Assembly (NCBI GenBank): GCA_963842805.1
Contig: CAWJIA010000012.1
Span: forward strand, 284,623 to 348,622
DNA from: an uncultured Chloroflexia bacterium
Lineage (GTDB): Bacteria; Chloroflexota; Dehalococcoidia; GIF9; UBA5629
Length of the DNA stretch: 64,000 nt
Direction: 5' to 3'
The notes below the pieces were generated by a model. It was not told the DNA's origin. It did not search any database and saw nothing but the letters and a program-made list of their open reading frames with translations. Shown here piece after piece: positions 45,808 through 54,845 of this stretch (positions are counted from its first letter, which is position 1; every line of letters begins with the position of its first letter). The translations under genes were made by a program, and so were the position numbers.

Positions 45808-47421
45808 ATGTTCAGAAAACAACTTTTTAACTTTCTCGGTATAATTACCATCGTAGTTTGCCTGCTGGCTGCGGCACCCGGCTGTAGTGTACTAACGAAA
45901 GCCACCGAAAATATACCTCTAGAGCAACTTTCGGGCCCGACCCTGAACCTGTGGGACCAGGGGCCTCTGACGCTCGACCCGGCTATCTCAAGCGAGATGT
46001 CGTCCCAAATTTACATCATGCATATTTTCAGCGGCCTGGTAAGATTCGACTCCGACCTGAAGCCAGTCCCCGATATAGCCGATCATTGGGATATCAGCGA
46101 TGCTGGCAAAACCTATATCTTCTACCTGCGTAAAGATGTGAAATTCCACGATGGAAGGCCATTGACGGCGCAGGATTTTAAGTTTTCTCTGGAGAGGGCC
46201 TGTAACCCTGCCACGGGCTCTCAGACAGCTTCCACTTACCTGAATGACATAGTGGGCGCCCCTGAAATGATCAGCGGGAAAGCTGACAATTTAAGCGGGG
46301 TAACAATAGTGGACGATTACACGCTGAAAATCGCCATCGACGCCCCCAAGGCCTACTTCCTCTCCAAGCTTGCTTACCCGACTGCCTTTGCCGTTGATAA
46401 GAAAAACGTGGAATCCGGCGCCAACTGGTGGAAGAAGCCCAACGGGACAGGCCCGTATAAGCTCACAAAATGGGATGAGGGATCACTAATACTCTTACAG
46501 CCAAATGAGTACTATTACGGCCAGAAAGGTACGGTCAACGTGGCCTTTCAGCTGTTGTCAGGACTGCCAATGTCACTTTATGAGACGGGCAAAATAGACG
46601 TGGTGGACGTTTATAAGAACAATATCGACCGCGCACTGGATAAAGAGGGCCCTTTCTATGACCAGCTTCATGTCTACCCCGAGTTCAGCCTGCAATATAT
46701 CGGGTTCAACGCCAGCAAACCGCCTTTTGATGACCTGTACGTCAGACAGGCCTTTTGTTATGCCGTGAACAAGGACCGCATCATCAGCGTGCTGCAAAAG
46801 AACATGGTGTCCGCGGCCGGCGGCATCATACCACCCGGCATGCCTGGCTATAACAAGGACGTTAAGGGAATCAACTATGACCCGGTCAAGGCCAGAGAAC
46901 TGCTGGCTAAATCAAAATATGGCTCGGCGGACAAGCTGCCCCCCATCACCATGACCATACCGGGAGCCGGAGCCAATATAGATGATTACCTGGGCGCAAT
47001 TTTGCAGGACTGGAAGCAGAACCTGGGCGTGACCGTTAACGTCAGGCTGCTTGACCCTCTGGTATTCAATTACCACCTGCTTGACGAAGGAGACGAGATA
47101 TTCGCCCTGGGTTGGATCGCCGACTATCCCGATCCCGAGGACTTCCTCAATACGCTGTTCTACACGGGCGGTCAATGGAATAACAGCCATTATTCCAATA
47201 AGGACCTGGATGCCCTGCTGGATCGTGCAGCGGTGGAAATGGACCAGGGCAAACGCATGGCGCTTTATCAGCAGGCAGAGCAGCTAGTGGTCGACCAGGC
47301 GCCGGTGCTGCCACTCTGGTTCGGCAAAAATTATGTCCTGGTTAACCCGCGGGTACATGGTTATGACATCGATCCGCTGGGGGTGCCCCACCTCAAACTG
47401 GTGACACTGGGACAACCTTAG
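45808..47421 (+). CDS. ABC transporter substrate-binding lipoprotein, family 5 (peptide/nickel type), orphan
   Basis: 537 aa with a lipobox (LLAAAPGCS) and family-5 SBP length and motifs. No permease or ATPase genes are adjacent. Confidence 0.8.
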   Translation: MFRKQLFNFLGIITIVVCLLAAAPGCSVLTKATENIPLEQLSGPTLNLWDQGPLTLDPAISSEMSSQIYIMHIFSGLVRFDSDLKPVPDIADHWDISDAGKTYIFYLRKDVKFHDGRPLTAQDFKFSLERACNPATGSQTASTYLNDIVGAPEMISGKADNLSGVTIVDDYTLKIAIDAPKAYFLSKLAYPTAFAVDKKNVESGANWWKKPNGTGPYKLTKWDEGSLILLQPNEYYYGQKGTVNVAFQLLSGLPMSLYETGKIDVVDVYKNNIDRALDKEGPFYDQLHVYPEFSLQYIGFNASKPPFDDLYVRQAFCYAVNKDRIISVLQKNMVSAAGGIIPPGMPGYNKDVKGINYDPVKARELLAKSKYGSADKLPPITMTIPGAGANIDDYLGAILQDWKQNLGVTVNVRLLDPLVFNYHLLDEGDEIFALGWIADYPDPEDFLNTLFYTGGQWNNSHYSNKDLDALLDRAAVEMDQGKRMALYQQAEQLVVDQAPVLPLWFGKNYVLVNPRVHGYDIDPLGVPHLKLVTLGQP

Positions 47422-47448
47422 CCTGTATCATAAAAAGGAGACAATAAG

Positions 47449-47883
47449 ATGGTAAACAAAAATGCGCTGGAAGCTCCCTGCGGCATTCACTGCGGCCTGT
47501 GCCCGCTGCATCTAGCAATTACGGACGAGGCCTTAAGGAAACGCCTTGCCGAGCGGTTGAATATGCCGCCCGACAAGGTGGTCTGCCCGGGCTGCCGGGA
47601 GATCGACGGTTTCTGCCCCGTAATCTCGGAGCAATGCGCCACCTGGCTGTGCGTAAAGAAAAAGGGAGTCGAGTTCTGCTGCGAGTGTGCCGAATTCCCC
47701 TGCGTTAAGCTTGCACCCTGCGCCGATAAAGCATCGCTGCGCCCGCACAATATCAAGGTCTATAGCCTGACACTCAGAAAGAATAAAGGGGCTTACGAGT
47801 GGAGCAAGGCCATCGAGGAAATCTATAATCTTTACTATAAGGGCGAGATGGTTATCGGCCATGGCCCCGTACTAAAAAAATAA
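47449..47883 (+). CDS. Cysteine-rich protein (DUF3795-like), paralogue of 27035..27274
   Basis: 144 aa with 15 Cys. Its N-terminal CGIHCGLC matches the CGIACEKC of the other copy, and downstream it has a CPGC plus CCEC pattern. Confidence 0.5.
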   Translation: MVNKNALEAPCGIHCGLCPLHLAITDEALRKRLAERLNMPPDKVVCPGCREIDGFCPVISEQCATWLCVKKKGVEFCCECAEFPCVKLAPCADKASLRPHNIKVYSLTLRKNKGAYEWSKAIEEIYNLYYKGEMVIGHGPVLKK

Positions 47884-47891
47884 TTTCTTTT

Positions 47892-49514
47892 TTATCCCCA
47901 GAGATCATCAAGATTGTCCGTCTTGCGCGGGCTATCGCCCGATGACGACGGGCCGAGTTCCTTATAGGAATCAGCCGAGCCGTATTCCCTGACCCTAACC
48001 ACCACCGGCATGGGTAGAGCGTGGCCGAAGATGAGGGCTTGCTGCTTCGACTCAAGCTTGGACAGAACCGCTTTAAGCTCGCTTTTACCCGATACGCCGG
48101 TCAGCACCGTATCCACGTCCTTTTCATTATCCAGCAGGCAGGTAATCTTGGTGCCAAGCTGCGACATCACCTCTTCATCGATGCCGCTGGGCCGCTGATC
48201 GATGACCAGCATGGTCACGTTGTACTTGCGCATCTCACGGGCGATCTTGCCGAAGATGGTCTGCGAAGAGATCTCGGGATTGAGGAACCTGTGTGCCTCT
48301 TCGATGGTTATCACAAGCTGATCCGGCTTTCTGCTGTCGGCCGAGGTTGCGATATCCACCATCTCCCTGTAGAGGTTGTAGATTCGACGGGTAAGCAGGT
48401 TGGCCACCAGCACATAGGCAGCTATATCGTCATAGCCGCCGAACTGAAGAACCACGCTCTTGCCGTGGCTGATGTAGTCCAGCATGCTCTTGACGGTATC
48501 CTCCGGCGCGTGCGGCACCAGAAATTTGAAGCGCTGCAGCATCGTGAGCCCGCGCTGCAGGTTCTTCCAGGTGCTTTCAGCAATATTGTGCTTGCCGGCA
48601 AATTCCTTGTCGCCGCCTTCAAATAAATCCAGGGTTGACTGCAGCCATTTATCGTCCCCGAAATACCTGGCCAACTCGTAGACCGCCTGCACAGCAAGGT
48701 CGGTGAGGTTGAGCACGCTACGGAGCATTTGCATGTCTTCGGGTTCGATCTCATCGTAGCCTATCTTGACGACGAAATCGGATTTTACCTTCCTGCGCTG
48801 GTCGTATTTCTCGTCCAGGGAAAAAACCGCCACCTTGCCCGGGAAAAGCTGCTTCAAACCCTTGACTTTGTGGTCCTTCTCGCTGGTGCCCTCCCAGCCG
48901 TATTCATTGTGCATATCAAAGATCAGGCTGGTGGTCCGGCTTTTCTGCAGCATGCCGATCAATAAAAGCCGTGTAAGGAAGGTCTTGCCGGTGCCGCTCT
49001 TGCCGAAAACGCCGTTGGACCTCTTGACCAGCTCCTCCATATCCAGGCAAATGCGGGTCTCCATATCCAGCGGAGTGCCGACATAGAACCGCTGTTTATC
49101 CTCCTTACCGAAAACCATTTCAACGTCGGACTGCGAGGCCAGCTCCACCCCGGCGAAGTGAGGCGGCACCGTTTTGGCGGGTTGCGGGCCTTCAGTAGCC
49201 CCGGCTATGCCGCTGATGGTAAGCATGGGTAAAACGCTCAGTTTGCCGTAGGTGGTCGTCCCGGATACTACTTTGGCTATGAAAGGGTCGGATATATCGG
49301 GGGGCATGACCATAGCGCGGGGGTCCACCGCCTCCAGGCTGATATCCGTAATCATGCCGAAGAAGCGCTTCTTTTCGCCCTGTATCGCCACATAGCGCCC
49401 TACCACTACGTCCTCTACCGATCTCGCTGGGTCCAGCTTCACATGCACGCCCTGCGTCAGGGACCCGTAGATTACCGTGCCCAGCCTTAAATTCCCTTTC
49501 TCGTTTTCTGTCAT
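47892..49514 (-). CDS. HerA-family FtsK/HerA-superfamily ATPase (DUF87)
   Basis: The N-terminus is HAS-barrel-like (RLGTVIYG...GRYVAIQG). Walker A is GKSGTGKT and Walker B is HerA-type (VITIEEAHRF). Length 540 aa. Confidence 0.75.
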   Translation of the reverse strand: MTENEKGNLRLGTVIYGSLTQGVHVKLDPARSVEDVVVGRYVAIQGEKKRFFGMITDISLEAVDPRAMVMPPDISDPFIAKVVSGTTTYGKLSVLPMLTISGIAGATEGPQPAKTVPPHFAGVELASQSDVEMVFGKEDKQRFYVGTPLDMETRICLDMEELVKRSNGVFGKSGTGKTFLTRLLLIGMLQKSRTTSLIFDMHNEYGWEGTSEKDHKVKGLKQLFPGKVAVFSLDEKYDQRRKVKSDFVVKIGYDEIEPEDMQMLRSVLNLTDLAVQAVYELARYFGDDKWLQSTLDLFEGGDKEFAGKHNIAESTWKNLQRGLTMLQRFKFLVPHAPEDTVKSMLDYISHGKSVVLQFGGYDDIAAYVLVANLLTRRIYNLYREMVDIATSADSRKPDQLVITIEEAHRFLNPEISSQTIFGKIAREMRKYNVTMLVIDQRPSGIDEEVMSQLGTKITCLLDNEKDVDTVLTGVSGKSELKAVLSKLESKQQALIFGHALPMPVVVRVREYGSADSYKELGPSSSGDSPRKTDNLDDLWG

Positions 49515-50104
49515 GGCTGTAGCCTCTTCAAAATGGAGTCCAGCCTCCTTATATCGTTGCTCAGGGTCCAGGCCAGCTCCTTGCCAGCCTTAATTAAGAA
49601 TTCCTGCGGCTCGGTTTGCATAAGGCTGGCATAGCGCAGAAAGGCGGCGATGACCTCATCCGGTGCAACGGTCGACCGGCTTTCTATTATCAAATTCAGA
49701 AAATTCAAAGACTGCGTGAATTGCTTCACTTCGGCTGGACTGCAGGCATAGACGAAGGAATAAATCGATGCCGGGGATGGCGGCAGGTACTGGCGAATGG
49801 CCTTACTCTGGATATGGCCGACAACCAGGGCCTTGAAATCGGAGCACAGCAATTTAGCCAGCTGCGGGTTGGCCTTAAAAACATCGGCCTCCGAAGTGGC
49901 TGCTTTTCCGCGGGCCGCAATCCGCCTGCCCGGCTCTATGCTGTGCGTAGCTGAGACGTACACGATGCCGTATATCTGACAGTCTTTGCCTTTCGTCTTG
50001 ACCATACTGCCCAGCGCCGGAACGTTATTCAGGTCGTAACATTCGGCCAGGAATTCCGAATTGCTGGTTTCGATTACCTCGGCGATCTTCTGTTCTACAC
50101 CCAT
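49511..50104 (-). CDS. Hypothetical protein, translationally coupled between NurA-like and HerA genes
   Basis: 197 aa with no recognisable motif. It overlaps the upstream gene by 10 nt and the downstream gene by 4 nt. Confidence 0.4.
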   Translation of the reverse strand: MGVEQKIAEVIETSNSEFLAECYDLNNVPALGSMVKTKGKDCQIYGIVYVSATHSIEPGRRIAARGKAATSEADVFKANPQLAKLLCSDFKALVVGHIQSKAIRQYLPPSPASIYSFVYACSPAEVKQFTQSLNFLNLIIESRSTVAPDEVIAAFLRYASLMQTEPQEFLIKAGKELAWTLSNDIRRLDSILKRLQP

Positions 50105-51339
50105 TTTATCTTCTTGCTCCTTTGCTTCAAGGACTGTTGGACTGTCAAACTGCCCTCCTGCATGACCCGGTCTACCAGGTCCCAGAACTGCTCACGGTCG
50201 GCGCCCGTGACCACCGCCTGTTCGTGAGCTTCGCTCAGCGAAACCGGGTAACCGAAGCCCTTATGGCACTGGTCTACTATCACTGCATGTGCAAGATCGA
50301 GCAGCTCATTGTTATCAGCTACCCAGAGCGGGACCTCCACCCTGGCCACCTCTTCATCCAGTTTAATATAGAAAAAACAGACTTGATGGACACCGTATCT
50401 CTCAATTATCGACGACCGGCTGCTGAATACCGCCGACCTCTCGCCTTCGGACAGCATCCCGGCGAAGACAGCCCTATCTAGCGGCCCGCCCACCACATCG
50501 CATTCCCGGCCCTCGAATTTACCCTTGCAGTGTTTGTCGCAGTCCACAGGATCGTAAGGGCATACTTGCAGCCGCAGCACATTTACTACGTCGGTGCTGC
50601 GGGGGAAACTGATATAGCTGGCGATAGCCGCCTTCTTTTTCCTGTTCAACTCGTAAAAACGATCGAACTGTTTGAGCCAACCCTCATCCAACAACTGCTG
50701 CACGATAAAATCGTCGTAGCGCTGTCCGACCAGGCCCCACATGATTAATGAGCCGTCGACCAGCCCGACTACGGGCAAATTAGTCTCACTGCCGCATACC
50801 CGGTCGGCCAGGCTGCGGCATTCTTCTACCCCGCGTTTTATGCCCAGCAGCGGCCCCTCGATAAGGGCCTGTTTACCGTCATTTGACCTGATGGTCTGCA
50901 TCTCATCGCCGAAGTAAAGGGTTGGCAGGCTCAACAGCTCAGCATCCGGCTTACTGCCGTATTGCAGTTCCACCAGCCCGATATTCAGCAGGAAGAGCCG
51001 TGTGGAATGATGTCGGTCCACGTCGATGTGCGACCCATCGCTGGCAACGACCATGAAATTTACGGGGCATGGCACCGCAGCCTTGTGCAGACTCATATCC
51101 TCTTTCAGGCCGGCCACCAGCCAGGTAACCCTGGCATCCTCTATCTTCTTCTTTAGCCTGTCCTGGTGAGGCGGTATCGATTTTAAGGTAGTCAGTGCCA
51201 ACTCTAATTTTTGGGCGTAGTCAGACTGGTGCGACTTTAAATCCCCCGCCATAGCCTCGATCTGACTGTAGACCTGTGTGATATCAAGCGTCATGGTTGT
51301 TGGAAGCCTTAGTATAGCACGGCATCCATAGGCTAACAA
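50095..51339 (-). CDS. NurA-domain 5'-3' nuclease-like protein
   Basis: NurA-type motifs are present: VVASDGSHIDVD (DGS motif I), GLVDGSLIMWG (DGSL motif) and a C-terminal GYPVSLSEAH. It is paired with a HerA ATPase, as in archaeal and Deinococcus herA-nurA loci. Confidence 0.6.
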   Translation of the reverse strand: MLAYGCRAILRLPTTMTLDITQVYSQIEAMAGDLKSHQSDYAQKLELALTTLKSIPPHQDRLKKKIEDARVTWLVAGLKEDMSLHKAAVPCPVNFMVVASDGSHIDVDRHHSTRLFLLNIGLVELQYGSKPDAELLSLPTLYFGDEMQTIRSNDGKQALIEGPLLGIKRGVEECRSLADRVCGSETNLPVVGLVDGSLIMWGLVGQRYDDFIVQQLLDEGWLKQFDRFYELNRKKKAAIASYISFPRSTDVVNVLRLQVCPYDPVDCDKHCKGKFEGRECDVVGGPLDRAVFAGMLSEGERSAVFSSRSSIIERYGVHQVCFFYIKLDEEVARVEVPLWVADNNELLDLAHAVIVDQCHKGFGYPVSLSEAHEQAVVTGADREQFWDLVDRVMQEGSLTVQQSLKQRSKKIKWV

Positions 51340-51436
51340 TCAGATCGAAATTCCCAGCTTTTGCCCTGCTGCGATTACGGTGTTATCATTTAGTTGAATT
51401 AACTCCCCAATCCCCCGGAAAGAAGGCCCGATCAGC

Positions 51437-52474
51437 ATGTCTATCGGCTATGTAAATGATGAAATCTACCTTCAGCATGATACCAATGACCATGTTGAAG
51501 GCAAAGACCGCCTGACCGCCATCAATACCATTCTAGAAAAGACCAAAATCAAAGACCAGCTTGCACCGATTGCTGCTCGCGCTGCCACCATAGAGGAAAT
51601 AGCCACCACGCACGACCGTGATTATATCCGGACGCTTAAAGCCGAGATAGACGGCGGGGGAGGCTGGCTTGACCCCGATACCTACGTTTCGCCTAACTCG
51701 TGGGAGCCGGCTCTCTTCGCAGCCGGAGGCTTAATGAACGCGGTTGACGGGGTAATGAATAAAAAATACAACAACGCCTTTGCGCTGGTGAGGCCGCCAG
51801 GTCACCATGCAACCCGGCAGCATCAGATGGGGTTTTGCCTTTTCAATAATGTTGCGGTTGCGGCCAGGTTTGCACTGGCCAACTATAATATCAAACGGGT
51901 GCTGATCGTCGATTTCGACGTTCATCACGGAAACGGCACACAGGACTCGTTCTACACCGATTCACAGGTACTATATTTTTCCACTCACGAATACCCCTGG
52001 TACCCATTCACCGGCCGTGCTGATGAGATCGGCGCCAGAGGAGGAGAAGGCTATAATGTCAACGTGCCGATGGAAGCCGATTCGGGAGACCGTGAGTATC
52101 TACGCGCCTTCAACGAAGTGCTGGTGCCTGTAGCCGAGCGCTACAACCCTGACCTGGTTCTGGTATCGGCGGGCTACGACGCCCACTGGAAGGACGATAT
52201 CTCCAACATCAACCTGACAACCACCGGCTTTGCACGGCTGGCTAAGATAGTCAAGGGCATATCGGATAAATGCTGTCCCAACAGGCTGGTATTTACGCTG
52301 GAAGGCGGCTATAACCGCGCCGCCCTGGCCTACTCAGTGGCGGCCACGTTCGAGGTCCTGATGGGCCACAGTGAAGTTATAGATCCCCTCGGCGAGCCTC
52401 CCATGGTCTTTTCATCTGGCGAGCTGGACAATTTCATCAAGATGGTGCGCCGCATCCACCAACTGCAGGACTAA
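51437..52474 (+). CDS. Histone deacetylase-family amidohydrolase (AcuC/HDAC class)
   Basis: PPGHHA and DFDVHHGNGTQ motifs with the metal ligands conserved. Length 345 aa. Confidence 0.85.
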   Translation: MSIGYVNDEIYLQHDTNDHVEGKDRLTAINTILEKTKIKDQLAPIAARAATIEEIATTHDRDYIRTLKAEIDGGGGWLDPDTYVSPNSWEPALFAAGGLMNAVDGVMNKKYNNAFALVRPPGHHATRQHQMGFCLFNNVAVAARFALANYNIKRVLIVDFDVHHGNGTQDSFYTDSQVLYFSTHEYPWYPFTGRADEIGARGGEGYNVNVPMEADSGDREYLRAFNEVLVPVAERYNPDLVLVSAGYDAHWKDDISNINLTTTGFARLAKIVKGISDKCCPNRLVFTLEGGYNRAALAYSVAATFEVLMGHSEVIDPLGEPPMVFSSGELDNFIKMVRRIHQLQD

Positions 52475-52492
52475 GCTACTCATACTAAAAGC

Positions 52493-52530
52493 CATAAAAA
52501 AAGCGGGGCTTTTGCCCCGCTTTTTATTTT
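52493..52530. terminator. Bidirectional rho-independent terminator between HDAC gene and secF
   Basis: AAAAAAGCGGGGC-TTTT-GCCCCGCTTTTTATTTT forms a GC-rich 8-bp stem flanked by an A-run and a T-run. Confidence 0.65.
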
Positions 52531-52545
52531 CAGTAAGGTTTAAGC

Positions 52546-53469
52546 TCAAGCTGCGGTCGGCGCCGCCTGCGGCTTGGATTTAGGCTCGGATTTGGCCAAA
52601 CCCCTGTCCCAGAGAACCAGCAACGGACCTGCGATGCAGATGGAGTTGTAAGTACCTGCAATCACGCCCAATAGCATGGCCAGCATGAACTCCTTTGTTG
52701 TAGCGCCGCCGAACAGAAAGATTGCCAGCACAACCAGGGTAACAGTGAGACTGGTGTTGATGCAGCGGGCTATGGTCTCGAGGATGCTGGCATTGACCGT
52801 AACTGCAAAGTCCTTGCTGATGCCTCTGCCGAAATTCTCACGGATGCGGTCGAAGACCACGATGGTGTTGTGCATGCTGTAGCCGACCACAGTCAGCATG
52901 GCCGTGATGAACATGGAATCAACCTGCATCCCAACTGCCCATCCCAGAATCGAGAAAATGCCCAGTACGATCAGCACATCGTGCAACAGCGATATAACTG
53001 CGCATGTGCCCCACCTGAAGGGGTTGGGGACCCTCCTGAAGGCCCAGGCAATGTAGAGAACCATAAAAACCGAGGTAACTATGATAGCTATGCCGGCATT
53101 CCGGGCCACCTCTCCGGCAACCAGGGGTGTAACCGCATAAAAGTCGCGGATGGTCACGTTGTCGGTCAGGTCTTTGTTCAGGCCGTTTATCAGTCCATTT
53201 TTTTCATCCGTTGAAATCTCCCTTACACGGATGAGGTAATCGCCGGTACCCGTCTTCTGGATTGATGCTTCTGAGAACCCCAGGTTGGACATTTCCTGCC
53301 TTAGTTTGCCCTGGTCGACAGGTGTGGTGAATTGCAACGTCATGGTGGTACCACTGCTGAAGTCAATGCCCAGCTTAAGGCCAGAAACAACCAGGGATAT
53401 GATTCCGGGGATGATGATTATCAGGGATATCAGGAAAAACCAGTTACGTTTTCCTACTATGTCTATCAT
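52546..53469 (-). CDS. secF: Protein translocase subunit SecF
   Basis: 307 aa with six TM helices. Adjacent to and co-oriented with secD. Confidence 0.9.
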   Translation of the reverse strand: MIDIVGKRNWFFLISLIIIIPGIISLVVSGLKLGIDFSSGTTMTLQFTTPVDQGKLRQEMSNLGFSEASIQKTGTGDYLIRVREISTDEKNGLINGLNKDLTDNVTIRDFYAVTPLVAGEVARNAGIAIIVTSVFMVLYIAWAFRRVPNPFRWGTCAVISLLHDVLIVLGIFSILGWAVGMQVDSMFITAMLTVVGYSMHNTIVVFDRIRENFGRGISKDFAVTVNASILETIARCINTSLTVTLVVLAIFLFGGATTKEFMLAMLLGVIAGTYNSICIAGPLLVLWDRGLAKSEPKSKPQAAPTAA

Positions 53470-54785
53470 ATTTTGACTCCGTAAAACCAGGGATTTTTGA
53501 CGATCCTGATGACCAGCATCAGGAATATCCTGCTGATGGTGATGGCCGAGAACATGCTCAGCGCCACACCTACGAACAGCGTCAAGGCAAAGCCTTTCAC
53601 CAGGAAAGCACCGAAGGTATCGCCAAACCAGTAGAGCACGATACAGGCTATGAACGAGTTGACGTTGCTGTCACGTATTGCGAGCCATGCACGGCTGAAC
53701 CCTGCATCCACGGCCGCACCCAGCGTGCGTCCCGCCCGCAACTCCTCTTTCATGCGCTCGAAAATCAGTATGTTGGCGTCCACCGCCATACCCACGGATA
53801 CCACGGCGGCCGCTACACCTGCCAATGTAAGAGTAATCGGTACCAGTTTGAAAATCGTGAGTAGTAAAACGCTGTAAATACCCAGTGCACATACGGCCAC
53901 CAGGCCGGGGCCGCGGTAGTAAAGCAGCATAAAAAGGACTATCAGCGATATGCCGATGGCGCCGGCGATGATGCTCTTGCGGATCGAATCCGCACCCAGC
54001 GTGGCGTCCACGGTCTGCTCCTGGATGACCGTCAGCGGCACATCAAGTGAGCCGGAGTTGAGCTGGATCGCCAGGTCCTGCGCCTCTTTAAGAGTCAATC
54101 CTTCAATGACGCCGCTGCCCTTGATCACGCCGTTGACAGTGGGATCTGAAATAAGCTGGTTATCCAGGAAAATGCCCAGCGGCTTATGCAGGTTCTTCTG
54201 GGTGATCTGCTCGAACAGCACAGCGCCCTCGTCGTTCCACTCGAAGGCAACCTCGGGCTGGTTGGTGGTGGGCGTCAGCACAACCTTGCAGTTGGGCTTG
54301 AGGTACTTGCCTGTTAACTCCTCCTGCTGCCCGTTGCTGCCGTTGGCCTTGGCGATAGTCCATATAGTCTGGCCATTGGCATCCCTCGTAGGTTGTCCAC
54401 TGGAATCACTGGTAGTTTCCTTGAATTCCAGCAGGGCCACCTGGCCGATCAGCTTCTTGGCCTCATCGATGTTCTTCTCGCCGGGAAGCTGGACCAGAAT
54501 GCGGTCTTCACCCTGCTGCTGAATGATAGGCTCCTTAACGCCGAAGGTATTGGCGCGCCGTTCGATCTTATTGATAACGCTGGTCATGACCTGGTCGGTA
54601 GTCTGAGACGGGTCCTTCTTGGACATGTCAGCTTGATAGACCAGGTACGCTCCGCCCTTGAGGTCCAGGCCCAGCGTAAGCCCCTGCCGCCCAAACTTGT
54701 CACTATCCAGCGGTATTACGGTCCACAGGCCGAATATAAATATGGCCAGGATAAATACCAGCAGCCAGATGTTAGTCGTTTTCAA
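53466..54785 (-). CDS. secD: Protein translocase subunit SecD
   Basis: 439 aa with a periplasmic loop and C-terminal six-TM bundle. Its stop overlaps the secF start. Confidence 0.9.
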   Translation of the reverse strand: MKTTNIWLLVFILAIFIFGLWTVIPLDSDKFGRQGLTLGLDLKGGAYLVYQADMSKKDPSQTTDQVMTSVINKIERRANTFGVKEPIIQQQGEDRILVQLPGEKNIDEAKKLIGQVALLEFKETTSDSSGQPTRDANGQTIWTIAKANGSNGQQEELTGKYLKPNCKVVLTPTTNQPEVAFEWNDEGAVLFEQITQKNLHKPLGIFLDNQLISDPTVNGVIKGSGVIEGLTLKEAQDLAIQLNSGSLDVPLTVIQEQTVDATLGADSIRKSIIAGAIGISLIVLFMLLYYRGPGLVAVCALGIYSVLLLTIFKLVPITLTLAGVAAAVVSVGMAVDANILIFERMKEELRAGRTLGAAVDAGFSRAWLAIRDSNVNSFIACIVLYWFGDTFGAFLVKGFALTLFVGVALSMFSAITISRIFLMLVIRIVKNPWFYGVKI

Positions 54786-54845
54786 TTATCTATTCTCCCT
54801 CCTAAGTTTCATTCAACAAATTACGGCCCGGCGTGGCTTTCCTAT

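Noticed and set aside
53950-54522. 190-aa ORF antisense to secD
   Set aside because: Shadow ORF within a conserved membrane-protein gene. Ser/Pro-rich with no motifs.
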